Source: Glaucostegus cemiculus
Taxonomy: Eukaryota
NCBI GenBank assembly: GCA_976551045.1
Contig: CDPCPM010000037.1
Span: 28,520,001-28,584,000 of the forward strand
DNA: 64,000 bases
Direction of reading: 5' to 3'
In this document: positions 48,630-60,699 of the stretch, in pieces
Numbering within the stretch: position 1 is the first letter of the stretch
Layout of the letters: each line of letters starts with the position of its first letter
Made by a program: the position numbers and the translations under genes
The notes under the pieces: model-generated
Database searches by the model: none
What the model saw: the letters and a program-made list of their open reading frames with translations, nothing else
What the model was told of the DNA's origin: nothing

Positions 48630-50075
48630 GTTTTATTATTATCTCATGTATTGAGATACAGTGAAAAACTTAGTGTGCAAATCATCCAAACGGATCATTT
48701 CAAAATAAGACTATTGAACGGTTCCCTTATACAATGAGATGGACTATGACTTCACGATCTACCTTGTTGTGACCTTGCACCTTATTGCACTGCACTTTCT
48801 CTGTAGCTGTGACACTTTACTCTGTACTGTTATTGTTTTTACCTGTACTACATCAATGCACTCTGTACTAACTCAATGTAACTGCACTGGGTAATGAATT
48901 GACCTGTATGATCAGTATGCAAGACAAGTTTTTCACTGTACCTCAGTACAAGTGACAACAATAAACCAATACCAATACATAAATACACTGAGGTAGTACA
49001 ATGGAAAGCCAATAACAGATTCAGAATATAGTGCTACAGTTACATTTACAGAGAAAATGCAGTGCAGGTAGACAATAAGGCATAAGGGCCACAATGAGGT
49101 AGATTGTGAGGTTAAGAGTTCATCTTTATTGTATAAGAGGTCTGTTCAAGAGCCTTATAATAGTGGGATAGAAGCTATCTTTAAGCCTGGTGGTACATGT
49201 TTTTAAGCTTTTGCATCTTCTGCCCGAGGAAAGAGGGGAGCAGAGAGAATGGCCAGGGTGGGAGAGGTCTTTGATTATGTTGGCTGCTTTCCTGAGGCAG
49301 TGGGAAGTGTGGATAGAGTCCATGAAGGGGAGGCTGATTTTTATGACGGACTGAACTGTGTCCACAGCTCTCTGCAATTTCTTGTGGTCTTGGGCAGAGC
49401 AGTTAACATACTAAGCTGTGAGGCATCAGGATCGAATGCCTTCAATGGTGCATATATAAAAAACAGTGAGGGTCAACAGGACATATTGAATTTCCTTAGC
49501 CTTGTGAGGAAGTAGAGGTGCTGGTGCTTTCTTAGCCACGGTGTCTACGTGGTTGGACCAGGACAAGCTATTGGTGTTTACACCGAGGAACCTGAAGCTC
49601 TCAACCACCTCCACCTCAGCACCATTGATACATACAGGGGCATGTGCTCTGCCCCACTTCCTGAAGTTCATGACCACCTCTTTGGTTTTGCTGACTTTGA
49701 GGGAAAGGTTGTTATCCTGACACCATGCTACTAGGCTCTGTATCTCCTTCCTCTACTCCATTACATTGCTATTTGAGATATGGACCACTACAACAGAGTC
49801 ATCTCCAAATTTGTGAATGAAGTTAGAGCAGAATCTAGCCACACAGTCATGAGTGTATAGGGAGTAAAGTAAGGGGTTGAGGACGCAGCCTTGTGGGGCA
49901 TCAGTGTTGAGGATAATCATGGCGGAGATGTTGCTGCCTATCCTTACTGATTGCAGTCTGTTTGTCAGGAAGTCAAGGATCCTGCTGCAAAGGGATGTGC
50001 TGATCCCCAGATCTAGGAGTTTGGAGACGAGTTTGTTTTGCATTATGATATTGAAGGAGGAGCTGTAGTCAATAA
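48630..50075 (-). mobile_element. Rex1/Babar LINE fragment with RT remnant; nested opposite-strand tail at ~48705-48978
   Basis: ORF 49753..50043 KLLDLGISTSLCSRILDFLTNRLQSVRIG...LNTDAPQGCVLNPLLYSLYTHDC...KFGDD; 49426..49677 INGAEVEVVESFRFLGV; 49126..49377 KAANIIKDLSHPGHSLCSPLSSGRR...RLKDSFYP. Confidence 0.92.
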
Positions 50076-50721
50076 ATTAAAAGGTTATTGAACTGTTCCA
50101 GTTGACACTTTTGTGTCTACCTTCAACAGAAGTTATAAATGGTTCATGCCATTTATTTAATGAAGTCTGTGATCAGGAGGATAGTAGCAGCAAGAGTGAT
50201 TGTCTTGCCAGCTCCTGATATTTTTCCCATTCAGATTACTAGCACTTTATCCCATTCATTTCTGCAGCAATTGGCTGTTTTTACCACAGTTCATTGTGTA
50301 TAAATACAAAAGAGGAGACAAAGGCAGAGCAACAATGTTATAAGAGAGAGGGGAGAATTGCTGCACCTGCCTCTAATGTGTAAAGCACATACAGGAGCTG
50401 ACAGGGAGACATGAACAGGCAGAAAGTAACCATTTAGTTGACATGTAACATACAGGACTGAGAATGGCTCTGAAGTTGTTGCTTCACAATGGAAATTCAT
50501 CTAATCTAACCTGTAAATTAACACATGAACTCTCTTGTATAAGGAAATGTTAAGAACGAGCTGAGGAAACCTGCTGTACCTGGATAAGGCCATCGAAGAG
50601 CATAGGTTCTTATGTCTACATTTATTCTACACCTCCGGGTTTTGTAGTTCAGGCAGAAACCGTGTCATCATTCAAGATTGTACTGGAGAGATGGATAAAG
50701 GAGAACAGGTTGAAGGTAGAG

Positions 50722-51255
50722 AAGAACAGAACATACAACATACAACAAAACAATACAGGAACAGGCCCTTCGGCCCATGATGTTTGTGCAGACCATAATG
50801 CCAATTTATCTGCACATCTGCCTGTCTCTCAATTTCCTGCCTGTTCGCGCGCCCCTTAAACGTTGCTATCGTACCTGCTTCCACCACTTCTTCTGGCAGC
50901 GTGTTACAGGCACCTATCACTCTCTGTGCAAAAAAATTGCCACATAAATCTCCTTTAAACTTTCCTGCTCTCATATTACAGCAATGCTTTTTAGCATTTG
51001 TCATTTCCACCCTGAGAAAAAGCCTCCAACTATCTACCCTAACTACGCCTCTGATACTTTCATACACTTCTATCAGGTCACCCCTCAGCCTCTGACGATC
51101 CAGAGAAAACATTCCAAATTTGTCCAAACTCTCCTTGTGGCTAACACTCTCTAATGCAGGTAACATCTTGGTGAACATCTTCTGCAGCCTTTCCAAAGCC
51201 TCCACATCCTTCCTGTAGTGTGGTGACTAGAAATGCACATAATACTCCAGATGCA
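50722..51255 (-). mobile_element. CR1 LINE 3' fragment
   Basis: ORF 50672..51205 EALERLQKMFTKMLP...RLRGDLIEVY...NFFAQRVIGACNTLPEEVVEAG. Confidence 0.92.
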
Positions 51256-51834
51256 AATGAATCATCAGAAGCCATTGTTAACAGTGCTATGAAGCCGTAC
51301 GTATTCAGCAATAACCTGCCCATCTTGGTAGCACCAGGACCACTTTACTCTCAGACTTCAACACAACCTTTCTCCAAATATGGAGCAAGGGGCTGAATTC
51401 CTGAGGTGAGTCTATCATCAAGGCAGCATTTGGTATGTTGTAGCGTCAACGATCCCTGCTAAAACCAAAGTACTGTCCTGGGGCTGAGATGATTAACATC
51501 CAACAGCCACAACCATCTCCTTTCCAACCAGTGGAACATTGTTTCTTAGATGCTTAATGGCTCAGGCATTGTCCTAGGCTCAACCACTTCCAACTGATCT
51601 GAAGTAGGTATGTATGTATGATTAAATAATGTTCAATTTCATTTGCAACTCCTCATCCAATGATGCAGTCCATTCCTGCATGCAGCAAGATCTAGATAAC
51701 ATTCAGGCAGAGGCTGATAGGTGACAGGTAACATGCATGCCATAGAAGTGCCAGGGGGTGACTATTTCCAATTAGAGTGAGTCTAACTATCTGGCATTCA
51801 ATGACATTACTGAATCCCTCCCTATAAACATCCT

Positions 51835-52572
51835 GGGTGAAGTGATACACTTCGGGAGATTGAATTCGAAGGCAGAATGCAAGATTAACAGCTGGACTCT
51901 TAGCAGTGTGGAGGAACAGAGGGATCTTGGGGTCCACATCCATAGATCCTTCAAGGTTGCCATGCAGGTCGATATGGTTGTTAAGAAGGCGTATAAAAAG
52001 TGAAGGTGTTGGGCTTCATTAGTCAGGGTATTGAGTTCAAGAGCCTTGAGGTGATGCTACAGCTCTATAGAACTCTGGTCAGACCACATTTGGAGGATTG
52101 TGTTCAGTTCTGGTTGCCTCATTATAGAAAGGATGTGGAAACTTTAGAGAGGGTGCAGAGGAGATCTTCCAGGATGCTGCCTGAATTGGAGAGCATGTCT
52201 TATGAAGATTGGTTGAGTGAGCTAGGGCTTTTCTCATTGGAGAGAAGAAGATGGAGAGGTGACTTGATAGAGGTGTACAAGATGATGAGGCTTAGATCGA
52301 GTGGACAGTCAGAGATTTTTTCCCAGGGCGACAATGGCAAACACGAGGGGACATAGTTTTAAGCTGATTGGAGGAAGGTATAAGGGGGATGTGAGAGGTA
52401 AGTTTTTTACACAGAGAGTGGTGAGTGCATGGAACATACTGCCGGTAGAGGCTATGGGGGAAGATACATTAGGGACATTTAAGAGACTCTTAGATAGACA
52501 CATGAATAGGGGGCTATGTAGGAGGGAAGGGTTAGATAGATCTTAGAGCAGGATAAAATGTTGGCACAACAA
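51835..52572 (+). mobile_element. CR1 LINE 3' fragment
   Basis: ORFs 52000..52356 (LVRPHLEDCVQFWLPHYRKD) and 52301..52546 (TRGHSFKLIGG...FFTQRVVSAWN). Confidence 0.93.
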
Positions 52573-54051
52573 ATGTTGCTGGCATATCTTCTTCCACCAC
52601 TTACCCTGGCAGCATGCGCCAGGCACCTAACACTCTGACTCTCATAGAATCATAACATTATACACACGGACACAGGCCCATCATGGAATGACACTCATTC
52701 ATGATCACTGCCACAAAAATACTCTCCCACAGAAATTCTTTCACACCTGTCCAGCTTCAGTCATGGTTGTAGACTTATACAGCACAGAAACAGACTCTTT
52801 GGCCTGATTTGTCCAATGTCGATCAAGTCGCCCACCTGAGCTATTCCCATTTGCCTGCATCTGTCCCATATCACTCTAGAGCCTTCCTGTCCATGTATGT
52901 ATCCAAATGTCTTAAGTACAGAGTCGCTGACATTTCCCCAGAAGGTCCAGGCCATGGACTGGTCAGTTAATTGGCTGGTTTGACTATGTCTCTCATAGAC
53001 TAGTGGATCTACCTCACAGGCCAAAGATTAATTATTGACCTCCTGGTATATGTTGTAGGATCATACTTAAAGTGAAAGATCAGTCTTGGAAACCTATTGA
53101 TCAAAGTGGTTTCCAGGCTCCCATCGTACTGCTGTTGTTCAAAAATGAAGAGGGTGAGTTAATAAAAATATACCTTGTAGTGTTTATTTTCCAAACTGTT
53201 GAATATTATACTTCAAATAAGACTCATTCCTCTCGTGTTATTGCAATCCTCATATTGTTACCAACAGGGAAGAGTTCCATGTGTCCCTGAAGGAGTCCAT
53301 TGATTTGAAAAGCATTCTCAGCCTCGAACAGGCCAAGAGACTGATTGGAGCTGCCAGCATTGCTTGAATCAACAATGGGACAGCTTCTTTAGTTGAATGT
53401 CCAACATTCCAGCATTGTAAGTACTTAAAAGAATTTTGAAAATGCATCATGTGTGTCACTTTAGATTGTCTTGTAGGCACAGTAATTGGCACCATGTAGT
53501 GCTGTCAGTGTTAACACTGGATAAGAAAAAATATCTGTTCCTGGGATCAGCCATTACCATATCGTAGGGGTAACCATACTAATCAGATATTAGAGAAGGT
53601 GTCAGGCAATTTAGTAATTAGAGAGAAAGTGCTGGAGAGGGAAGAGCCATCAGAAATTTATCACCATAGAATATTCTCACAACATGCACATTTTTCATGT
53701 CCTCTCATCCTTTGAAAGATTCTTTTAAAAATATAAATCATTCATTTTATGGGTGAGATAGCAAACTGAAGTTTTATTCAGCATCTTCAGCTTGCGCTGA
53801 ATGCATCACCCAATCACAATGTGAGGGTGGTTGCTTGATGTCCTCAGTGGATTGTGGAAACCAATCTGCTCAGCCCTGAGTTTGCCTGTCGCTCTATTCA
53901 ATTCCACTTCACTGGCTCAGTGCAGCCAACCAAAATGGCAGCCAACCAAAATGGCAGCCATCAGAAAGCAAAAATATAGCCATCGTGCTGGCATTGTGGT
54001 GCGCTTGGTCTTCGTTCGGCATTCCCTTCAATTAACAATTCTCTTCCACTT

Positions 54052-54770
54052 GGTCACATCAACCGCCAGGTTAGATCGGCAGTAAGGAGAGCGAATGCTA
54101 TGTTGGCATTTATTTCAAGGGGTATAGTATATAAAAGCAAGGAAGTGTTGATGAGGCTCTACGGGGCACTGGTGAGGCCTCACTTGGAGTACTGTGCGCA
54201 GTTTTGGGCCCCATACCTTAGGAAGGATGTGCTGATGTTGGAGAGGGTTCAGAGGAGATTTACTAGGATGATTCCTGGGATGAAAAAGTTTTCATATGAG
54301 GAGCGACTGTCGTCACTTGGACTGTACTCGTTGGAGTACAGAAGAATGAGAGGGGACCTAATAGAAACGTACAAGATGTTGAAAGGAGTGGACAAAGTGA
54401 ATGTGGTCAAGCTGTTTCCCTTGGTGGGGGAATCCAGGACTAGAGGACACAACCTTAGAATTAGAGGAAGCAGGTTCAAAACAGAGATAAGGAGGAATTT
54501 CTTTAGCCAGAGGGTGGTGAACCTGTGGAACTTCTTACCACAGAAAGCAGTGGAAGCCAGATCATTGGGGATATTCAAGAAGGAACTAGATAGATATCTA
54601 ATTGGTCGAGGTATCAAGGGATATGGAGATAAGGCAGGGATTTGGACTTAGAATAGGTTTTTTTTTCCTTATCCTCTTTTATCCCCACCCTCCCTTCCCT
54701 TTGGAGGAGACTCGATGGGCCGACTGGCCTGCTTCTGCTCCATTATCTTATGATCTTGTGATCTTGTGAT
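54052..54770 (+). mobile_element. Young CR1 LINE 3' fragment with uninterrupted ORF2 C-terminus
   Basis: ORF 54100..54651 (183 aa, LVRPHLEYCAQFWAPYLRKD...RTRGHNLRI...FFSQRVVNLWN) has no stops and stays open upstream (HINRQVRSAVRRANA); tail (tgatcttg)n. Confidence 0.95.
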
Positions 54771-55179
54771 CACTCCAAGCACCCATCCTTCCTCTTCTTT
54801 ATAGCTTCCCACATTACTACAGATGTCTGCTATCCCCTACTTCTGGTCCTTTGTCCTTCTACTCTGCTTTACCTCAACATTCAGCTCCGAAACTGTGGGA
54901 TTCCCATCCCGTCCCAATTAACCAATATCGATTATGTTTCCTCTTTGGACAAGCTCCTTAAAATTCCCCACCCACTTGGCAATATTTGATTCTTCACCTG
55001 TCCAGGTCTTCCCTTTTCTTTGTATCAGCGTCTCAACCTTAGGACACGTAACAGTAAAAGTTGCCACATAAGTGCCATTGGGGAACTTTGTAAAATGTTC
55101 TCTTAAAAATGAAAGGGTATCGAGGATCGGGGACGAAAACACAAATGAAGGAGAATGCCAGCACTTTGGTTAGAATGAG

Positions 55180-55515
55180 AGGTATGGTGGAGTGGTTAAG
55201 TTACCAGACTGGTCTTCACTCAGAGACCTGGACTGTTGATCTGAAGATGGAGTTCGATTCCCCCATGGTAGCTGTGTGACTTAAATCCACATAATTAAAT
55301 AAATCCATAAAACAAGCTGATTCTAGTAATGCTAGCCATAAACTTATGATGTAAAAGCTAGTCTAGTTCATTAATTTTCTTTAGGGAAGGAAGTCTTCCT
55401 TCCTTAGCCTGAACTAATGACCCTACAAGTCAGCAGTGCCCTCCAAATTGACTAAAAAAGTTGAGATTAGAAGTAAATAATGGTTTAACCAGTGCCAACT
55501 ATGTCCTGTGAAAGG
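55180..55515 (+). mobile_element. tRNA-derived SINE (non-V family)
   Basis: ggtggagtggttaag A-box, gagttcgattccc B-box, body ...ctttagggaaggaa; other copies at 44770-45005 (+), 57690-58040 (-), 33730-33940 (-) and 12500-12690 (+). Confidence 0.6.
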
Positions 55516-55861
55516 GAAACAAAAAGATAAAAGTCTCCGAAAAGTAACCAAAGCAGATGTGGAACTCTGTCTGTATGAAAGAAAATGTCACATCTGCAAT
55601 GTACTGTTGAGATTTGGTTGGCAAAGCTCAAATAGTATTTGGGTGTCAAACGGACCAGCTATTACATTATCACTTTAGAAGCAGTATCTGCCACAAATAG
55701 ATTTGGATAATGTATCATACTGTAAACACTTGGTAAAATACAATTGCTACAGGTAAAAGGAGAGGTTACAGGACTATCACTGAAGCTACAAGAGGATGAG
55801 GAAAGTGAAAGTGCAGCAAAAAAATCAGCCATATTATTGAGTGGCAGAGTGGACTCATTTA

Positions 55862-56150
55862 CATAGAACCATAGAACCATAGAACAATACAGCACAAAAC
55901 AGGCCCTTCGGCCCACCAAGTTGTGCCATCCTTCAAACGTCTCACAATCTAACTCTTTCCTCCCACATATCCTACTATTCCTCATTCTTCCATGTGCCTC
56001 CCTAACAATCTCTTGAACCTGTCCAATGTATCTGCCTCTACTACCACCCCAGGCAGCACATTCCATGCGCCAACCACTCTCTGGGTGAAAAACTTCCCTC
56101 TGACATCTCCCCTAAACTTTCCACCCAACATCTTAAAGCCATGCCCTCTC
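55862..56150 (-). mobile_element. CR1 3' fragment
   Basis: (catagaac)n tail; reverse strand encodes [30 protein letters not shown]. Confidence 0.9.
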
Positions 56151-58129
56151 GTCAAGTCTCTTACTCCTATCTGTGTGTGAAGCTGCAGAGGGGCAAAGTG
56201 AAATGGAAAATGGCTACAGAGTTGCTAGTGAACGTTTGTTTTAAGATTACTCAGGGGAGTAAGTCTTCCTTGGTCAATAGAGTTAAACACGTGCATGAAT
56301 ATTAAAGCTGGCTTTCGATTATTTAGGGAATCGGGTTAAGTGGATCAGGTGGAATGAGTTGGATGAGGGGGCTGGTTCAATGAGCCAATTGGATCTATTC
56401 CCACTTCTGCCCTGTGTGGTTTGGGATGGGGTTGGGTGAGAGGGAAGCTGGGTGCTGAGATATAAGTCCGTATTTGTTTTAAATCTAGTAGGAGAGAAAC
56501 AATTTGTTATTTGCAGCACAGAATTTGTGTGGGAATTTTGGAAGTCACTTACATTCATCTCTGCATATTCAGATCAATTGAAGCCAATGTAATCGAAAGG
56601 CAAATACAACCTATGGGTGATACTTGTACACGTGTTTAACACCGAGTGTTTCCAAACAGTGAGAATTACACAACGGCATATCTGAAACATGTCCAACAAT
56701 TCGAAACAGTGTCTATAATTAATCTACAGCTAATCTACAGTCACCCATATCTCTTCCCCAGCTTTTTAAAGGTGTTTTGTCAGTAAACAAGGAGGGGAAA
56801 GGCAATCTGTATTGAGCTGAATTTTTAATTAAAAATGCACCCACAAAATTTACACTACAACAATGCTGCGAATATTTAAGCTGCACTTACAAGCAGGAAC
56901 AGTTGTCTTATGAGATTTTCTGATTGGTGGGTGCACATAGCTGCAGAGAACCAGATGGGGAATTGAAATACACAAACTATTATCTTTATGAATAAAAGCA
57001 GAATAATTACCCAGTCACAATGAAATGCAGTGAAGATGTTCTGAGCATTTGATATGAACACATTGAGAGCATTTATGAAGGTACCAGAAAGCACTAAATA
57101 GCAACAAACCACAGAACCATACATAAAAAAATACAGTGCAGAAAAGGGCCATTCAGCCCATTGTACCTATACCAGCTCTTTCCCTTCCCTTTCCCTAAAG
57201 CTATGCAATTTTCCCCGGTTCAGGTTATGTGACCAAAAGATTAAACCACTAAGCATTTCCCAAATGGAATTAATGGAAAATATCTGGGATTATATAACTG
57301 GATCAGCTGTGTAGAACTAGGGGGGAATCAACCAGGCTATTAATAGTAATTCTCCCAATGGAAAACAAAGGCAAAACAAGCAACCTAATACCTAATGATT
57401 ATGGTGTCTTTCCCAATGATCCCACCCAACAACTAAATGCGCATGCACTCCATATTCGGTTCGAGTTTAGCTTTGAGTCTTCATGCTCAAGTGGCTTGCC
57501 AAATGGTGCGATCCATGGTTCACTGAGCAATATCACTCTCACCTCTGCATCGGATTGCCGGTGAGGTCATATCCCATGGTGTGGACCTGAGTGCATCACC
57601 TGGGCCAACAGCACAGTACTGAGGAAGTGATGCACTATCAGGAGAAAAGGTCCCTCTGCAATTTTCTCAGAAAAGGGCTCTTTCAGTTACTCATTCACAA
57701 GATGAGGCCTTTGCTGTCAATGCCAGCTTTTGTTGTCCACCCTTAATGGCCCTTGAACTGAAGAGGCAGTTAAGAGTCAGCCATAATAATGGGTCTGGAG
57801 TTACATAGTGGCCAGACCAAGCTAAATGAAAGATTTCATTTCCTGAAGTACTTTAGTGAAACAAGTGAGTTTTTAACAGCAATCCAGTATCTTCACAATC
57901 AGCGATGCTGACAACCAGCTTTAATACCAGATTCATTTAATTGAACTTAAATTCCCCAGCTGCCATGATAGAATTCAAACTTGTGTCTCTAGATCAATGA
58001 GCTAGACCTTTGGCTACTAACCTAGCAACTTAACCACCCTTTTGCTGAATACTAATTGGCTGTTAGGCTTCCTATGTTGCAAAACTGACTACATCTGAAA
58101 AAGGATCTCATTATCTGTAGATTGCCTCA

Positions 58130-58550
58130 AGAAGTGCTTAGAAGTTATACAAAAATGATACCAGAAATGCAAGGGTATACATATAAGGAAAGGAAAATTA
58201 GTCTGGGTTTCTTTTTTTTTAAGCGAAGATCAAGAGTTGGCCTTATAGAGATCTTAACCTCTACAAGGTTTTAACAATCTTTGACGGTTTTTGATGGAGT
58301 GGATACAGACAGAGTGTTCCCATGTGTGAGGCAGAATATCATAATAAGACAGTCACCAGGAAATGCAATAGGGAAGAAGTTTCTTTACCCGAAGGATGGT
58401 GGGAATGTGGAACTTGCTACCATAGGAAGAGATTAAAATGAATAGTGAAACATATGCGGGAGATCGGTAGGGATTTGATGGGGAAAGAAAGGAGGAGGTT
58501 AGAACAGACCATTGGGCTGAATGGCCTGTTTCTCTTCTGCATAATCTATT
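58130..58550 (+). mobile_element. Old CR1 3' fragment
   Basis: FFTRRMVGMWNLLP remnant and gggctgaatggcctgtttct tail. Confidence 0.7.
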
Positions 58551-58601
58551 ATATGAAAGACAAATAAGACTACAAAATCTTCTTTAATAGTGTCCAGCGG
58601 G

Positions 58602-58630
58602 CAACCAATTGGAACAAGAGTGATTGACAG
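58602..58630 (+). promoter_or_regulatory. CCAAT box plus PBX/PREP(MEIS) decamer TGATTGACAG
   Basis: Exact TGATTGACAG at 58621-58630, with caaccaattgg about 10 bp upstream, in a repeat-poor segment. Confidence 0.3.
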
Positions 58631-59707
58631 ACAGAGAAGGAGCTCTGTCATCCGGGCCATCCGCTATAGAAGGTCGGGACAAAAACTGAAAGGGGCACAG
58701 AAGTATCAAGAATGAATAAATTGAAAGCAAAGCTTCGTCATCGCATGTAAGCACATGGTATCATCATTCTCATCTGCAATTTCAATTTGTTGCAAAGCCA
58801 GCTGCTGCATTAGTTTAGATAATTCTGTCAGTGTAACTTTGCACTCTGTGCATGCCTGCTAAATTTGTTAAAGAATACCCGAGGCTAATGCATCATTACA
58901 TTCCCAAAGTCATCTATCTTTTAGTTCATATTAATTCTTTTTGTTTGCTACTCCCATAAATCCTTGTGCACTTAATTAATTTCAGTTACACTGTAAGGTC
59001 CTTAATACAGAATTGTTCAACCAAATACAAAATTAATTATTCTATTTACAGCCTTCTCATTGAAAGGAGCTTTTCATCTTTCATAATTACATTTTGGAAA
59101 GTCCAATTATGAATTCAGGCTAATGCTGTTTAGGATTGCATTCCTCTACACACTGTATTTTTAAATAGAGTTAGTGCTTCATGTATTGCATTAGGTATGG
59201 CTTTAACAGAGGTGGAGCTATCTTTATAGATGCATGTGTCAAATATGTTTCCACTCAGCGGCAGAGAAAGTTTATAATTAAATAGAAATGCTTTAATTTC
59301 TGAAACAGCGTATCGCAATGTATGACTGAAGGGGTGCTGGAAAGACAAGATAAAAATGTGCTGAGGGCTTTGAAAGCCAACCCATTCCAATTATAAAAAT
59401 GTTGAAATATATTTCAGCAACAGGAGGAGATTTCTACAGCCACCACAGAACTATGGCTTCAGCCCATGCCATCACGACAGATAGATTTGTCAAACACAAT
59501 CTACCTTCTAGGAACGAAGGTACGTAGGAAGATAAAATGAAGTACCATGATGTTATTGCACAGGCATTTGGAGGTTCCCTGGCTTGGTGAGCTTAGAAGA
59601 GGTGTTCTTTTGACAGTGAGCAGCAGAGGTGGAGGATGGATGTAGCTGGAAACTTCCACCGTACTGGAACCTGTTAACGTTGAGTGTTATTCTGGAAGTA
59701 ACCTGTC

Positions 59708-59830
59708 TCTGGAGCAACAAAAAAGAGGCTGGAGGAACTCAGCAGGTCAGACAGCATCTGTGGAGGGAAGTGGACAGTCAACATTTCAGGCTGAGACCCT
59801 TTGTCTAGCCTGAAAGATAAGAGGGGAGAT
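59708..59830 (-). mobile_element. Penelope-like terminal repeat
   Basis: gctggaggaactcagcaggtcagacagcatctgtggagg...tttcaggctgagaccctt. Confidence 0.65.
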
Positions 59831-60402
59831 ATCCTGTTTCTGAGCCTAGCTGTAAAAGGCAGTCCCTTCACACTCATTTCACATCCAGCAGTTTAGGCAC
59901 AAATGCACACTTAAAATGTATCTGAAAGGGCATTAAATGCACAGTAACCAACAAGGTTACTGAAATGGGTTAGCCTCAGTAACTCCCATTTGGCTGGCAT
60001 GGAAACCAGGGCCAGAATGGCCACCTCCTGTGCATAAATTTTTAATGATTCTATCGATTCCAAAACCCAGTCTTACATTTTCAATCCTCATGGTGCCTTC
60101 ACTCTATTTTGTTCCCTACCTCTGCACAGAAAAACTATGAATCTGTCAACATACCAAGTGGCCTGGTACTGATGTAGTTGCAAGAAAATAGTGAAAACTA
60201 GTATTGGCTTAGCATCTTAACTCGGAAATTATTGAGCATGCCTAAAGGCTCCACTTGAGGCACAATGGGTTGCTTCTCAGTCCCATTCTCTGCAATGACA
60301 TCCTCTTCTGACCCAGCCATCTCAAAGAATATCATTCCTGAGAACAACCTCCCAATGGTGTAGAATTATCTAAAGGCAATTTGAGGTCTGGATCAGACTT
60401 TG

Positions 60403-60693
60403 ATAAGATAAGAGGCACATATACATTGAAACACACAGTGAAATGCATCCTTTTGCATAGAGTGTTCTGGGGGCAGACCACAAGTGTCGCCATGCTTCCG
60501 GCGCCAACATAACATGGCCAAAACTTCCTAACCCGTACATCTTTGGAATGTGGGAGGAAACCAGAGTACCTGGAGGAAACCCACGCAGACACAGGGAGAA
60601 AGTTCAAACTCCTTACAGACAGTGGCCGGAATTGAACCCGGGTTGCTGGCGCTGTAAAGCGTTACACTAACCGCTACACTACTGTGCCTGCCC
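60403..60693 (-). mobile_element. V-SINE with Rex1-like tail
   Basis: Matches 36175-36478. Confidence 0.9.
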
Positions 60694-60699
60694 TATGGT

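Noticed and set aside
54100-54651. Longest ORF (183 aa) as a host gene
   Set aside because: It is the C-terminus of CR1 ORF2 from a 5'-truncated insertion.
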